DNA of 63,530 bases, the filler included. It is 5 parts of 5 records of this genome, joined end to end, with 100 filler letters (N's around TTAATTAATTAA, not from the genome) between each part and the next. Parts side by side here need not be neighbours in the genome. Positions count along the whole stretch, not along the records: positions 31,636 to 46,733 come from SRR20825019_2474; 4 more parts are not named here. One strand, given 5' to 3'. Positions 33,014 to 46,833 of this stretch are shown in pieces (positions within the stretch are counted from its first letter, which is position 1; each line of letters opens with the position of its first letter). The notes beneath the pieces were generated by a model. The model did no database searches. It saw only the letters and a list, made by a program, of their open reading frames with translations, and was not told where the DNA came from. The position numbers and the translations under genes are program-made.

Positions 33014-36000
33014 ATGGGACAGTATGTGATTAGAGTGGGTTTTGCACTACCCGCGGTCGCGGCGCTGGTGATGGTGCTGTGTGGCGGAGCGGCTGCCAGC
33101 ACTCCTCCGCCGTTTGGGATTGCTCGTGTATACAATATCACAACGCCAGGGTACGTTGAACGCCCACTGTTTGTTGTGTAGTTTGACGGATGGGCTGGCG
33201 GGTTCGGATTGCAAACCTGCCTGTTGAGGGTGGTAGGGTTAGTGCCTCATGTGCGCATGTACTGACACTCGTTCAACTAGGACACCCTTTGGGATATATG
33301 GGCCTGACCAGAAGCTGGCGGAACGGGTCAATGGGATGGCTGTGGATGATGTTTACGGTGACGTATACATCACCTTCAACGCGGAAGACATCGCACTTGA
33401 TACACTGAATGACTACAGCTCCACTATTTATAATCCTAATCTGGCTGAACAAATAGATTCTATGGCGTATGTGGCGTGCTTTACAAAAGATGGGGACCTC
33501 CGGTGGATACGATCGCCATTCTACGCACATCCTTACGTAGCGGAACTCGACCAGTCATGGGGACCGGAAGCTAACAGCTGGGGGCCGCTTGTGTTCTCTG
33601 CAATTCCTCTCAAGCACTGGAGCTCAGGACGAACTGTTACGAGCGGGGCGGTGGCAGTGGCTCCCGGGGGAGGGGCTGTAGTGACAATCTTTTCGTACAA
33701 TCGGAACAGTTTCTCAGCGCTGGTCAAGATCGACCGCGATGGGGCGACTGTCCAGGGTATAGGGGAGATGTCCCACCAGGTGTATCCTTCGAGTTCTTCC
33801 ACGATCCAGTACGTGCCATCTGAACATGTCTATCTTGTGACGAGATTGCAGGGAGGGAACGTAGGCAAGCCCCGCTTCCGGGGCTGTTTTGTGGCCACTT
33901 ACGACGCTGACACGCTGGAACCAAAGGCGTGTTTCACGAACAAGACGATCACAAATCCCCAGCAGTACCCTCCATACACCAAGGCATATGGTGCGACAAC
34001 GGATCAGAGTGGTCATGTCTACTTTGTTTGGAGTATGTTTTTGAGTTGGGACACACAATCCACTAATACTTTCGCGTAGATGAGTATTATTATTCAGCGG
34101 GGCCGATCCCGTGGTCTCAGTATCGACGCGTTCTCTTTACGAAAGCTTTAATCTCCAACTTTGACGTGGTGTTGGCCGAGCGCTCCGATTTTAATGCCGA
34201 GAGTCAATTCATGCCTAAAGATCTGAGATATCTGAACTCCACCGGGGAAATCCTTGGCGTTGCTACGAATGGCGAAATGAGTACAATATCTAACAAGGCA
34301 AGCCGCTTCAGCGGATCAACCTCACTCTCACCGGCGGTCGGCAATTCGGAGATGAAGCTGTTCACCATTCACAACACTACCCTGGAGTATGTAAGGCACG
34401 CCAGTTATGGGACCCGGCAGGGCGACCATGGGATGTCCATGGCGGTGGACCACACGGAAACGTAAGTGGCCCAGCTGCGGGCGTCGCCGGCCTACTGTGA
34501 CCGTTTCATTCACGATTGTGTATGCGTCCTGCTAGCTTGGTAGATTGTGGTTATTGTGGCGGGGTGGCGCAGTAACAGTAGCTGCCAAGCGAAAGGTCAA
34601 GTGTCTGTCGCAACTCACTGAATACGTAATTTGTAGGTATGTGTACCTTGCCGGGGCAACTGCTGGCACCATGGCACCAAAGCGAAGGGGGGACATGGAT
34701 CTGGTCTTGCTTCAGGTAATGTTTGATGACGAACTGCCGTCTTTGTACTTTGACTTATCACCCGTGCCCCCACTCAGATTCTCATCTCCGATTTCAGCGT
34801 TGTTCGCAAGTGGCAAGGTGGATCGACAGGTTTTGATGTGTTGCGATGGGTCCACGTTTCTCCAGTGCACGGGGTCTACGTTGCCGGATATGTCGAGAAA
34901 CATCCAAGTGGATGGTCGGACTCTCCTGTGAGTACAGTATAGCATACTTGCAGTGATGAGCGTCAGCTGCGTATTGCGTTGGTGCAGCACAGCTGACTCG
35001 TGTTGTTCCTTTTCAATTACAGCTGAAAGCAACATTCATGCCATTCTTGTCTCGCGTCTACCTTGGAGAATGCCCAGCGGTAAGAATACGTGATTTCGCA
35101 TTAGCATTGGCACGAGCGCTCTGACGGTGATTTTTCTGATATTAGGGATCGGGCCGAGCCGGATTCCCAGCGTGGTGAGCCGAAGTGAATGTGACGCGTT
35201 GAGAAATTGAATTCTAATATTCTATAATGTTCAGCATGGCTTGCGAGGGTGGAAGTACGTTAAGTTCGGCCATGGGATGCGGTCCGCTCACTACAATTTC
35301 TGTTTCATGCATATAGCTTTCAGCGCTTTGCCAGACTCAAATGATTGTAGCGATTGCGGTGCAGGTTACTCAACGGGAGGTAATTCTTCGACAGTGTGTG
35401 AGGCTTGGTGAGTCAAGTTCCATATTTGTCACTCCTCCTGCTCTGATGCTGCGGTACCATTCCAGCCCAATAGGGACATACTCTCCTTCAGCAAGAACTC
35501 CACACTGCCTCCCGTGCCCTCCAGGGATGTCCTCGGATAGAATTGCCCAGGTGAGCCGGACTGATCTTGGGCCCGGAGTGGTTTGTCCTGGGATTTCTAA
35601 GAATCTGCAGACCTCATGTGTGGCATGTGGAGCTGGTTCGTACATCGGAAGTGCTGGACAGGCAAGGTGTATTCTCTGTGCATTCTCTCACTACCAGGAC
35701 CTGGACGGCCAGAGCAGCTGCTTGGTAAGGAACTCGTTGTGATACTGATTGCGTGGAGGAGCGTTTCCGGATCCCTGGACTAGGCACGGAGGCTGTGGAT
35801 CGAACATCAGTGTTTTGGCCCGTACGTTGGATTGACCTCATCTAACTGTGGGGGTTTGTCTTTTTCAGAAATGCCCTCGCGGCTCAAGCACAGACTTTTT
35901 GGGTGCCTCCAGCGTTCAAGGATGCACATGTGCTGACGGTGAATATGGAAGACCGACGGATCAAAATAATCCGACCAACTGCCAAGGTAGGTTGGTATAG

Positions 36001-38270
36001 CCTTGGAAAGTAGTTGATCTGATACCCTCCTCAGCATGCCCCGGAAACACTCAGTGCCCACGGGGATCCATGATTCCCTCGCCCGATGAGGTATACCCAT
36101 ATACAGGGGTGTCTCCTAGTAGAGATCTACAGGTTGTACTAATCTTCACATACGACAGGGATACTGGCTGTCCGCATCAGCACCAGATGTGGTCCGACAA
36201 TGCTCCCCGCGGAAGGCCTGTCCTGAGGGTTCTGTGGACAGCTGTGGATCTGGGTAAGTGGCTGAGGAATATGCATGGAGCATGGCAGCGTATTGATCAA
36301 TCCGCAATACAGCTATGAAGGCGAGGCGTGCGCAGAGGTACGAGCCAGCATATATCTGAGCCTTTCGTGAGACGTTGCTGAAAGATTGGTCCGACTGCAG
36401 TGTGCCAATGGCTACTTCCGGGCAAACTCCGAGTGTGCCAAGTGTGCTTTGCCAATGCTGCCTACCTGGGCGAGTGCACTAGTACTCGCAATATGTTTTG
36501 CCTTCATATTCGTCATCCTGGGCGGCGGCATGCTGCTTCTCCCAATCCTGGCCATATGCGAACGCCGATCAAGGACTGGAAGGTAAGTACACGGAGAGCT
36601 GCAAGGATTATTGCTGCGGTGATATTGCCCGGCATATTACCCGGCGCTTGCTCGGTCGATCATTTCCTGACGCAGTTCATCATATACAGACGTGCTGGGG
36701 CATCGAGCGTGTCCAAGGCCATGCACCTCTCCGCAGCATTCGTCCGCTTCTGTCAGCTCTGCATGGTTTCTCTCACCATCCCCGTCGAGTGGCCAGTCAC
36801 GCTCAAGTGGTTTCATGCGTCGTTCTCCCTTGTCAACCTCGATTTGGAAACGGTTTTTCAAGCCGAGTGTATATTTGGAAAGGCCATTGTGAATCCCACG
36901 TCGATTCTCTGGGCAAAGGTGGCACTGGTACTTTTAGGAGTGGTGATGCTCGCTTCTTTGTTCATAATGGCATTTCTACTCCGCTGCTTCTCTTCCCTGC
37001 GAGACCCCGCGGACCGCACGCTACTTGGCACCCTCCGCGGAACTATGTCCATACTATCTTTGCTATGTGAGTGAGGGAGTTTGTAGCCCGGCAGATTGAT
37101 GTATACCGAGCTAACTCTATCGTGAAATCCGCAGATTTGGTCATGCACGGAGCCAGCGTCAACGTGTTCACATGCTTTGAAAAATCTGCCGGAGAGCTAT
37201 TCCTGGTATCAGATCCAACCATACAGTGCTACGTCACAGATGGCCCGTGGATTCGGATGGTGCCGGGTGCCATTATCTGCTTCATGATATTCAGCGTTGG
37301 TACCCCTGTCATGTTCATGCTGGTCATTCGCCATGCGTACAGGCGCAGGCACAACCCAGGTTTGACGGTGAAGCTACATTTCCTGTGGCAGCATTACAAT
37401 CCTGAGACGTATTGGTGGGAGATTGCCATGATGGTCCACAAGTTTTGCCTCGGTATCAGCTTGCCGGTCACTTCGGTGTCGCCTTACGATGCACTGAATC
37501 TGGTTGTTCTTATCAATGTTACCTATGTCATGATGTTCATATGGCGACGACCGTTCGCTCGCTCTGTTGATGACAACATCGAATACATGATCAGCATCAT
37601 AGGTGAGGACTCGTCCACGACCACACGAAAATTGCGTTACTGAGATTGATGGGTTGCAGTGATGATGCTGAGCTTAGCCGGGATGGTATTCAGTGCCAAG
37701 GAAGGAAACGGGAGTGCGGTAGGAGCAAGGGTTATTGAGGTACGTGGTAATATGCGGATGAGATTGGCGCTGTGCATCTCACCTACTGTTGATGGTGATT
37801 AGTCCCTGGTCTCACTATTGGTGGTGGTTGTACTCTGCTATATACTGTTTGCAATTCTCTTGGAACTTCTAGGCATTATCCCCGCTAGGATCAAGGCTTG
37901 GAGTGTGTGTTGTCCGTTGATGAGAGCGCAGACATATTTAAGGCGAATTGTCGACAAACGCCTGGCCCCGGTCAAGGTGAACACCGGAGCCCGTATTAGT
38001 GCATCACTTCAAACAAGGTTCCATGGTGCTTCAGTGGGTGGATTGCGGGAGCATATCTGCACCAAGTTGGATCGGTGCTTGGACAAGCAGGGAGTTGAGG
38101 TCATCAAGAATTTGGATGTCGCAAGCCTGTGCCCTGCTGACCAGGCTGCCATCCATATCTGTGCGGCATACGCTCGGCGCAGCTGTTTGCCGGGTCAAGC
38201 CAGCAGTTTGCCGGGACAAGCCAACAAGGCACCAGCCGAGGCATTGCAAGAAGAGAATCCGTTCAAATGA
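33014..38270 (+). CDS. Multi-exon surface receptor-like protein: signal peptide, propeller-like ectodomain, Cys-rich (GCC2/GCC3-like) repeats, multipass TM domain
   Basis: Frame-checked introns 33151-33280 and 34033-34079; CLPCPPG, CVACGAGSY, CANGYFR; FTC..SDPTIQCY..GPW, FLWQHY..YWWE. Full exon map not resolved. Confidence 0.7.
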
Positions 38271-38451
38271 TACAATACGGAGCGCGAGCTTTAGAATGCG
38301 CATGCCAGCCGTGTCAGTGTATGCTGCGTAACAGAGGCTGCCCCACAGCCTGCATTGTCTGTGTTCGGGTCATACTCCATCGATACGAAGTCTAGAAACG
38401 CATGGAGGACGCCGGGCATATTTTTACTTGTTGATTGATGTACAAGCAATA

Positions 38452-41400
38452 TTATCCCTTCGGTCGGAAAAGCGGTGGGGGCATAGCAGCGACCTTTGGT
38501 CGTCCAGGTGGAGGGGGAACCTTTTGGTGATGTGCCGAGACTTGCTTGACTGTTGATTGTCCTGATTGAGTAGGATGTGGACGAGGCACCCCTGCAGGAG
38601 GCGGCGGAATGACCACTGGAGTCGATGGACTAGGCCCGGTAGGAGCGGGCGAGGTGGTTGCGGATGGGGGTGCCACAGGTGTGCCACCTTCGCAGTTCTT
38701 GGTAACGGAGTCCTCGCTCACTTTCATGAGAGTCTCGCCGTTATCCATGACGTGCCCCTTATCCATGGCCAGGCTGCCCGGTCCCTCTGCCTCTTCAGAT
38801 GTGCAAGACGATTGTGCCCTGGCCTTGAGTGGCATCTGCGCAGAGTCGGAAGTCGTTGGGCCTGCAGTGCTTTTTGTTGCACATATGGCATTGGTGGCGA
38901 TAAGATAGTCGACGCATGCTGCCAGATGAGGCGCCATGAGCTTACTCCTGTCATCGTGTACATCGTCGCCTAGGCTGTTGGCCAGTGTTGTCAGTGTAGA
39001 ATGAATTGCTGCTTGCGATTTGAGGTGTGCCCCCACAAGTTCGTCCTTGAATGAATCCCACATCTGTCTTGTGTTGAAGCCGCGGTATTGATCTCCCATC
39101 ACATCATCTATCCTTGCCATTCGGGCTCGATTTACCTTTGACCTAGCTGCCCCCTTGCTGCATGGTATATATAGCCTTATTCCCGCTGTGCGAGCCAATA
39201 GCAACACGGCATTGAGCATCACATATCCCACTAGGCCGCCTGCGAGTAACTCCACGAATTTGTGCCCGATATCCGACAGCTGCCCATTGGCAAATATCAG
39301 ACCAACAACAGCAAGTATGAAGGAGCTCAGTGCAAGAGATATCTCAAACGCATCCACCGCGTCATCATCGAACGGCTGGAAGGAGAGAATTACGATCAGG
39401 GACACTAGCATAAGGAACACTATGAACGCCATCGCATCCAGGGGAGACAGGACAACCAGAGGATAGGCCATGACAATCGAGAACTTTTGGAGGTACTCCA
39501 CCAATCCCCAGTACCAAAACTTCTTCTCGTACGAAGCCCACAAGAATGACATGTCCGTGTATAGTGCGGGATTTCTCAGGCGGCTGCGCCGGCTGACCAG
39601 AAGGATCAAGGCGAAAACTGCGGGAAAGCCCAATGAGCCGAGCATGAACATGAACACCACTGATGGCAGCATATGCATCCAGGGGCCGTCCGAATAGCAC
39701 TCCACGGTTGGATCGGATGCCATATAATACCGCCCTCCTGACCGCTCGGCGCATGAGAAGTGATCCATGGCCTTGCTGTGAACATAAATGTACTATGCAT
39801 ATGGAGTGAGACAGCGTTATAGAAGAAGCAATGACGGGATAAGAGAAAGAGAGGAACTTACACTAATGTTCAGGTACAACACCAGGTATGACATTGATCT
39901 ACCGAAGCACTGCCGCAGCATCCTCTCGCACACTTGGCCGCGATTGCCCAGTGATTTCAGAGGCACAAGGCAGCGGAGGATATGGGACACCACGGCCATC
40001 CCTCCTAGGACCAGACCAACTCCAAGGGCCAGACCTCCTCCGGTATAGAGGGAAACGGTGGAGTTCCACCACGACAGAGGGCTGAAGCAAGGCAGCTGCA
40101 AAAGTTGGTCTATATTGAGCGACCCAAGACTGATCACGCCCGTGAATAGCCCGAACGATGCCGGCCATCCCACCGGCATGTACAAGACAACACCGTGCAT
40201 CTGTATCATCCGGGTGAGACGCGGCACAGTCTTAACCAGTGCCTTAATCCACGACCGACGCAGAAGCCTATCCACAGAGCGCTGGCACAGGACGATAATG
40301 ACACAACATATCCCCGCAATCAGACCAACAATAACCACTAAGCCTATGATGATCCACAGCACCCATCCCGGCACGTTGCATTTGCTGCACTGGGTTCCAC
40401 TTCTGTAGGACCCACCTGCACACTACATGGGGGTTACAATGGTGAACGATCGACACTGGGAGAATGGTGCCCGGACGGGCAGGCATCCATTCGTAAGCGG
40501 ACACTGCCGAAGTCCTTACCTCGGAGCAGGCCTCGCCATCATAGCCCTCGGCACACACGTCCGTATCTCCTCCCGGGCAGGCGCTTTTCGGAGTGCATTT
40601 CTTTGCCGTATCCATATCATCACTGCTGATCCAGTACCTGCAATAATCTCAGACCACACGCGCCATCCCAGAATATAAGCATTACCCCGCGTCAGGTTTC
40701 GGACGTTCAGAACCCTGCGGACAATCAGCATTTGAGGGACAAGGTTTGCATTCCTCTACGGTAGAGAAATATCAGCGCAACATGGCTTCAGGGTCGGTCG
40801 GTCACGCCATACCGAACATTGCCGGCCGGCCATAAGACCCCTTGCTGCACAAACACATGGCCAAGCTGTTGGACCCAGGCGCCTGTGTTGTCACCTACAT
40901 AGCCGCGGTTAGACACCCCTTCAAGTCTGGGTGAAGCGTAATGGGAGGGCTTCTGCATGCCAAAATGATCGGGGGAGGGAAGGGAGGAGGCGCTACTGCT
41001 TAGGTGGGCAGCGGAGGAGGCATGCACGTTTCTTACCATATCGCCCCCAGGACACACTTTGCACTGAGCCTGGCCGCTACTATCTGTATAAAAACCCTTC
41101 GTACAAGCTGTACACTGTACGGATGTCATTTATCGCAGAAGCAGAGACAAAGAGAGGGCATCCCACCTTTTCGGAACCGACTCCGGCGGTGTAGCTCCCC
41201 GATGTGCAGGGTTGACACACAGACTTTCCACTGGCAGCTATTGATTGAACGAGTATAATGAGAACACGAGATGACAGGCTGCGTACGCGCGGCCTGGGTT
41301 CGACCATGCCTACCTTGAAAGAACCCAATTGAGCATGGGGTGCAACTCAAAGTTCCAATAGACCCTGAATAGGACCCGGGTGCGCTGGCGGTCAAAGCGG

Positions 41401-44376
41401 CATTACTAAGGAGGACTCTCTCGCAAAGGGCGCACTCGGACTCACCATGCATGGCATAAGGTCGCATTAGGTGTTCGTGATTCCTCGCCCTGAATGCGTT
41501 AACGTACGCCATGTTAGCGTTCGTCCCTCCGCGCCATCCGCTCATGCAAAATTCATCGGAACTTACCGCTGCACAGGGCAGACACCGGATAGACCCTGAC
41601 TTAGCGGCATAGCCATTCGGACACGGCCAACATGATCCAAGCATGCCTATAGAGAAGATTTTCCCCATCAGCAAGCCCAAGCCAGGACTGGAATGGCGGA
41701 GGCTCTCACCCATATGTCCGCCATTGCACTGGCCCATTTCCACTTTCGAAATGAAGGCCACGGATCGATCCGAGTACAGCGGATCCTGCAGGGCGGCTAC
41801 AGCTGTAGCGTCAGAGCCCGGCAGTGAGGAGTTGGTGACACCGATTACAACCAAGCCGGCTGAATGACATTGAAAGGCACGCGGTCAGTATCAGCATTGT
41901 TCCGTGCGTCGAAAGTTTGCATACTTTTGTCTGATAGATGGATGTCGAGATATTCGGAGTTCGTTCTGCCGGCGTAATGCTGTGCGATTAAGGACCCGTC
42001 GCTCTTTGAAATGAGGTATAAGACCTGCGGATGTGACCTGCATCAGAACAACTCATTGGACCTGAATTGGAGAACTCGATCGTGCGCAGGAACCCGGGCC
42101 CGTGGTCGGAATCGAATGTTTCATCAGACTCACCGCCTCTCTGGTGGTATCGCTGTACTCGACCGTGCCAACCGCAAACAAGGGAGAGCCTTCAAACGAT
42201 GCCATTCTAGTAAGTTGCAAATGATTGAGTCCGGTGGGACGGCATAGCCACCGCGACCAGATGATATCTCCGGTGACCTTATTCAATGTACTAAGCAACT
42301 GCACAGGGCGTCCCGGGTCAGGATCATGATGAGCGCCTGCGTCACGCAACCTGCCGCCCCTTACCGAGCATTGCCGACGGGAAGGTGCATTATGTACCAG
42401 TCCCGGGTGAGGTTGAAGCTCTTTAGGGGCTATATTCGGCCATCCGTAATCCCGTTTTTGATCGGAAAGCACGAATACGACTTCCCCTCTGCGCATTGAT
42501 GAATGGCATGAGCTGTCCATGTTTGCACATGCAGCCACAGACGGTACAATGCTCCACCCACCTTTCGGTATAGATATCCTCTGGACGGACCTCCCCTGAC
42601 CCCGGCACTCCATACTTACGAATCCACTGTTGTGCCCCGAACGCATTCAATTTGACGACCATCTGCACAAATACGCACTGATCAGCCCCATGTGCCGCTG
42701 CCGAAGACCCAGCGATCGAGCTTACAAAATTCCTTCTGTTGTATTTATGCAAGGTGACGTCGCCACCAATATGTGCCGCGGGCTCGTGGTATAGGTAGAG
42801 ATGATAACCACTATAGGATAGATCAGTCATTAGGGTCGGATACTCTCTTTACCGGCCTCAGATGAACCGCGGATACCGGGCACCGATCTCACCCCCGGGA
42901 ACACACACCCGCACCATCCCAAATAAAGAGGCTTAGAAGTGCCTTTCCTCGATCGACCCGTATATATCAGCGCAATATATATATATAAGCACACACCTGT
43001 CGTCTTCTAAGTCTAGTGCAATGCCGAGACCCTCGGACACCCCAGGTTGTCCCATCATGGTGTCGTTGGTCCAGTCGTATGATATTCCGAATGTGACCGG
43101 GTCTATTCTCATGGCACTGCTTCCACGACTCCTTGGATTTGCGACAAGGGCAAGCTTGTTGGTAGCCGCAGATAAGGTCATATCTCTGCAAACCCATTGA
43201 GACGTGTGGATCCTAGGAGAAAATCCATCAGCAACCCTCCCATAGCCTCACTGGTATACCACATAGCCACAACTCGCATCTTTCGGCCCGTGACTCACAA
43301 GCCACACCACCATCCCCAATAGCAAAACCCCATATCACACCTGACCCCCAAGATCTGATCGTTTCCTGAATCGTCGTACCGCATGATGCGGAACTGGCCC
43401 GGGTTACTGCTCTGGGTGATAGGGTTAGGCGTCAAGCTAGAACAGTAGCCGTCATGAAGGCAAACGCTTGAAGACATCGAGGGTAACAGCACCAATATAC
43501 GTACACGGTTTTTGGTTTCTTACCTGGACACTGAACAAGCTGAATGGTGTGGCGGCGTCCTCCAATATCAATAATCCCCCCGTTTGGGGTTGGAGCACCA
43601 TCCCATCAGAATCTCGCACGAAGCTCTGTGATACCCCTAGTGCGGGCGGACACACGCCGAGGTCAAGTCCAGTCGCCCAATCCAAGATGTTGTTCCAGGC
43701 ATTACGTGCCCACTGTGAACGTTGCATGGTGATGTGAGCATGACCCAATTCAGCGCGTGCCTTCTTGGAGTTACACCGCATCCGCCAACCCACCTGAACA
43801 GCCCCGGTCCCATTCACCATGGCGACCCACCCTCGGGAAACGTGATAATCCCCGCAAGGGGCCTTTCCGTGGTTTGGAAGGGATACATCAAATGAGAGAC
43901 CGTGCGCAAATCTGTCGTCAGTGAGCAGGGAACCATTCGATTGTAAAAAAAGAAGAAAAAGGAAAAAAACTTGCTTGGAATCGAACCCGGCCGCGCTATA
44001 AGACACTGACATGACGAGAGCACTTACACCGCGGCATCGGAGTCCCTGACTCTGACATGAGAAGGCATCACGCTGCCGTTCAACGCCTTTATGGGAAGAT
44101 AGGCCACCCAGCTTGGCTGCATGTGTTGATGTGAATGGAGTCACGGCCACAAGGTTGACAAAACCACGGAATCAAGATTACAAGGTTGAGCAGTGGGTTA
44201 GCCCAGTCAGACTATGGCAGCAGTGCCGCACTCACCCCAACAGGAGAAATTGGTTCGGCGGCGACGGTGACCTGAGAGAGGATAGCGGTCAGGGTGACGA
44301 TCAAAGGCAATAGCAGCCCTCTCTGTCTGTGCCCCATGCAACCGCAGCCTCCGGTCACACCGTTCATTCCACCCAT
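38452..44376 (-). CDS. Paralogous multi-exon Cys-rich multipass receptor-like protein with Pro-rich tail
   Basis: Signal peptide then GTGAGT donor; CWPCPNG, CTPCSIG, CTACTKGFY, CAEGYDGEACSE; FSC..SDPTVECY.DGPW, FLWASY..FWYW. Start (44376 or 44337) and exons approximate. Confidence 0.7.
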
Positions 44377-45590
44377 GGCCCTATACAGAGTCTGCAGCAC
44401 GTCGGCCACGCGGCTTCTGCCGGGGCGCCCGAGTCAGTAGCGATATGACAGCTATGACAGCGGGCCCGAGTATCGATCAGCGCGCGGCGGGCCGGGTGTC
44501 AGGTTAGTAAAGTAGGGTCAGCCGTGACTCAGCCACACGAGTGTGGCCGAGTTATTTCATAGGCACTGGCCCCGGTTCTGTTGGGCAGTCACCGGCACGG
44601 TCGCGGGGAGTTCGACCGGCCTGGCCGCAGTACGCCGCTGACGCTCCATCCAGTCAAGTTGCAAGGGCCAGATCGGCAGCCCGCGGTCCGGTGGCCGGCG
44701 GCCCGGACCGGGCGTACCGTGAATTAACCCCACGTCAACCATCCGGCCGGGCCAGCCGCTCAGCACGGCCCGGGTCGCCGGCGGCCGGCCGCCGGGGGCC
44801 GGGGCCGCGCCAGTACGGTCACGTGAGCCGGTGCCGGCGGGCCAACTCACTGTGATTGCGCGCGGGGCCCGGCCAAGTTAGAAAACAACGTTCGCCCGAG
44901 GCGCGGCCAGGCCGGGTGACTACCCAACATGGTTGGCAATGACGGCCTGCTTGGACCGAGGCCGGGCGGGTCAGTCCCCGTTGGCCGGAGCCGGCCGGGT
45001 GACTCAGCTTGAGGCCGTGGTCACCGTTGGACGGCACTGTGGACTTTGAGAGTCACGTCAGCGTTGATCGGTGCTGCCACTGATGAGGCAGGGAGCCGGC
45101 GGCCCGCTCGGAGTGCCTCCAGCTTCCCCGCGTTTGTTGAGTGCCAGCGGAGCGACCACGGGGTGGTCGCGGCCGGGCCGCGACGCCGCCCGGACCACGG
45201 GGCCTGGAATGAACTGAATCGGACCGTATGTGAATCAAACGGAATCCGGCCGGCATTCTTGAATGACGAGAGGGTACGGCAGGAGGCTGACTGCAGTACG
45301 CTGGGAGCGGCGGGCCGGGCGCGGCCGAGAGCATTCAGGGTCCGCTCGACTCCAGTACAGCATCTGTTCGGTTCAAACAAGGCTCTCACCGAATGCCTAC
45401 TCGAGGAATCGGAGGAGCTGGGCCGGTCTGTGGAAGTGAATTGGAAAGATCACAGATTCGCCAAATCCGACTTTGGCTCCAATTACGTGAAACTGGTTAG
45501 TGCGCCGTGCCCGACACTCAACTGAACTCTACTAGCTTATATTACATTTATTGCCTGTCATCTAAGGCACTGCTATTGCAGTCTTGATTC

Positions 45591-46707
45591 TTACAGCACA
45601 ATAGGCGAGCTGGGTCCACCGGTGGTCTTGTCGGCTTGGAGGTCAATCTTGTAGTCAGTAATGAACAGATGCCTATATGTCTGGAGGTCCTCCTGAAGTT
45701 TGGAGTCTTTGGACGACAAACCACAGAGGATGAGGAGGCAGCTCCAGACAATGGTGATGTCCATGTAGAGCAAATCGTACAACCACTCGTAAAGGTTGGG
45801 GAGGAACTGCGCCGCCTCGAAGTTGAGCAGCGATAAGATGAAACCAAACGTGAACAGCACATACATAAGCACCGAGTATATCGGCGCCACCACCGGGATC
45901 AGAACCCAAATCTTCCACCCAAATGTAGACCTGTAGAGCTGGACTGCCTCCATGTGGTGTTCCAACTCTTCAAACAGGTGCCATAAATATATCTTGGCCA
46001 TTACGGGGAACCTTTGGCCGATCGTCCTGAACAGCTCGAACAGCTCTGGGACGCTTTGATCATAGTAAAACTTGTTCTCGTGAATACAGACTATGGTACA
46101 GACGACGGTTGGGATGAAACGCGCCATTATATTGGTTGAGACCTTGAAGAAACTTTTGACAAACCGCAAAGCATACTTGTTCACAGGACTTGTCAGATTC
46201 GCTTCGAAGCGATTATTATAGATAACGTGAACTCCAGAGTGGACGCGTTCCTGGGGCGTCAGGCAGTAACCAGGGTTCGCCTTAGGTGTGTCACCACTAT
46301 CCTTGCTGTAGAGCTCATCCACGAAGATCACCGTGCTCTCATAAGGCACAATGAAGTAACTCATCACAAGCCACATCATATCTCTATAGCGGCCCATGCC
46401 AGCAGCCTGCTCGGGGGTGCGACAAGTCACCTTGCGAACGGTTCCGATGGGCATGGTGGCGGGGGTGGTAGTTAGATAAGACAAGCGGTCCCATGCGACC
46501 GAGCCGAGGATGGAGAGATAGACAATGGCAACCAGTGCAGTGACGAGGCTGGCGGCCGTAGTGACGTCAGTGTTGAGGAGGATGGCCATGTTGGCGTGGA
46601 TCCAGTCGCCTTGGACCACGTATGACCACAGAGCATATGACAGAATCATGATGAAGTGACTCGCCTGATAAGAGAACGATATATTGCCGTGGCCGGATGA
46701 TATATAC
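45591..46707 (-). CDS. Ferritin-like predicted metal-dependent hydrolase (PF10118-like) with N-terminal hydrophobic segments; 5' exons probably off-contig
   Basis: QERVHSGVHVIYN, IHE, LWHLFEELEHH motifs; frame stays open upstream of ATG 46649 to a CCCCAG acceptor-like site near 46708. Confidence 0.6.
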
Positions 46708-46733
46708 CTGGGGCCGCAGGCGGGGGGGGGGGG

Positions 46734-46833
46734 NNNNNNNNNNNNNNNNNNNNNNNNNNNNNNNNNNNNNNNNNNNNTTAATTAATTAANNNNNNNNNNN
46801 NNNNNNNNNNNNNNNNNNNNNNNNNNNNNNNNN
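46734..46833. other. Artificial contig spacer
   Basis: N44-TTAATTAATTAA-N44. Confidence 0.98.
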
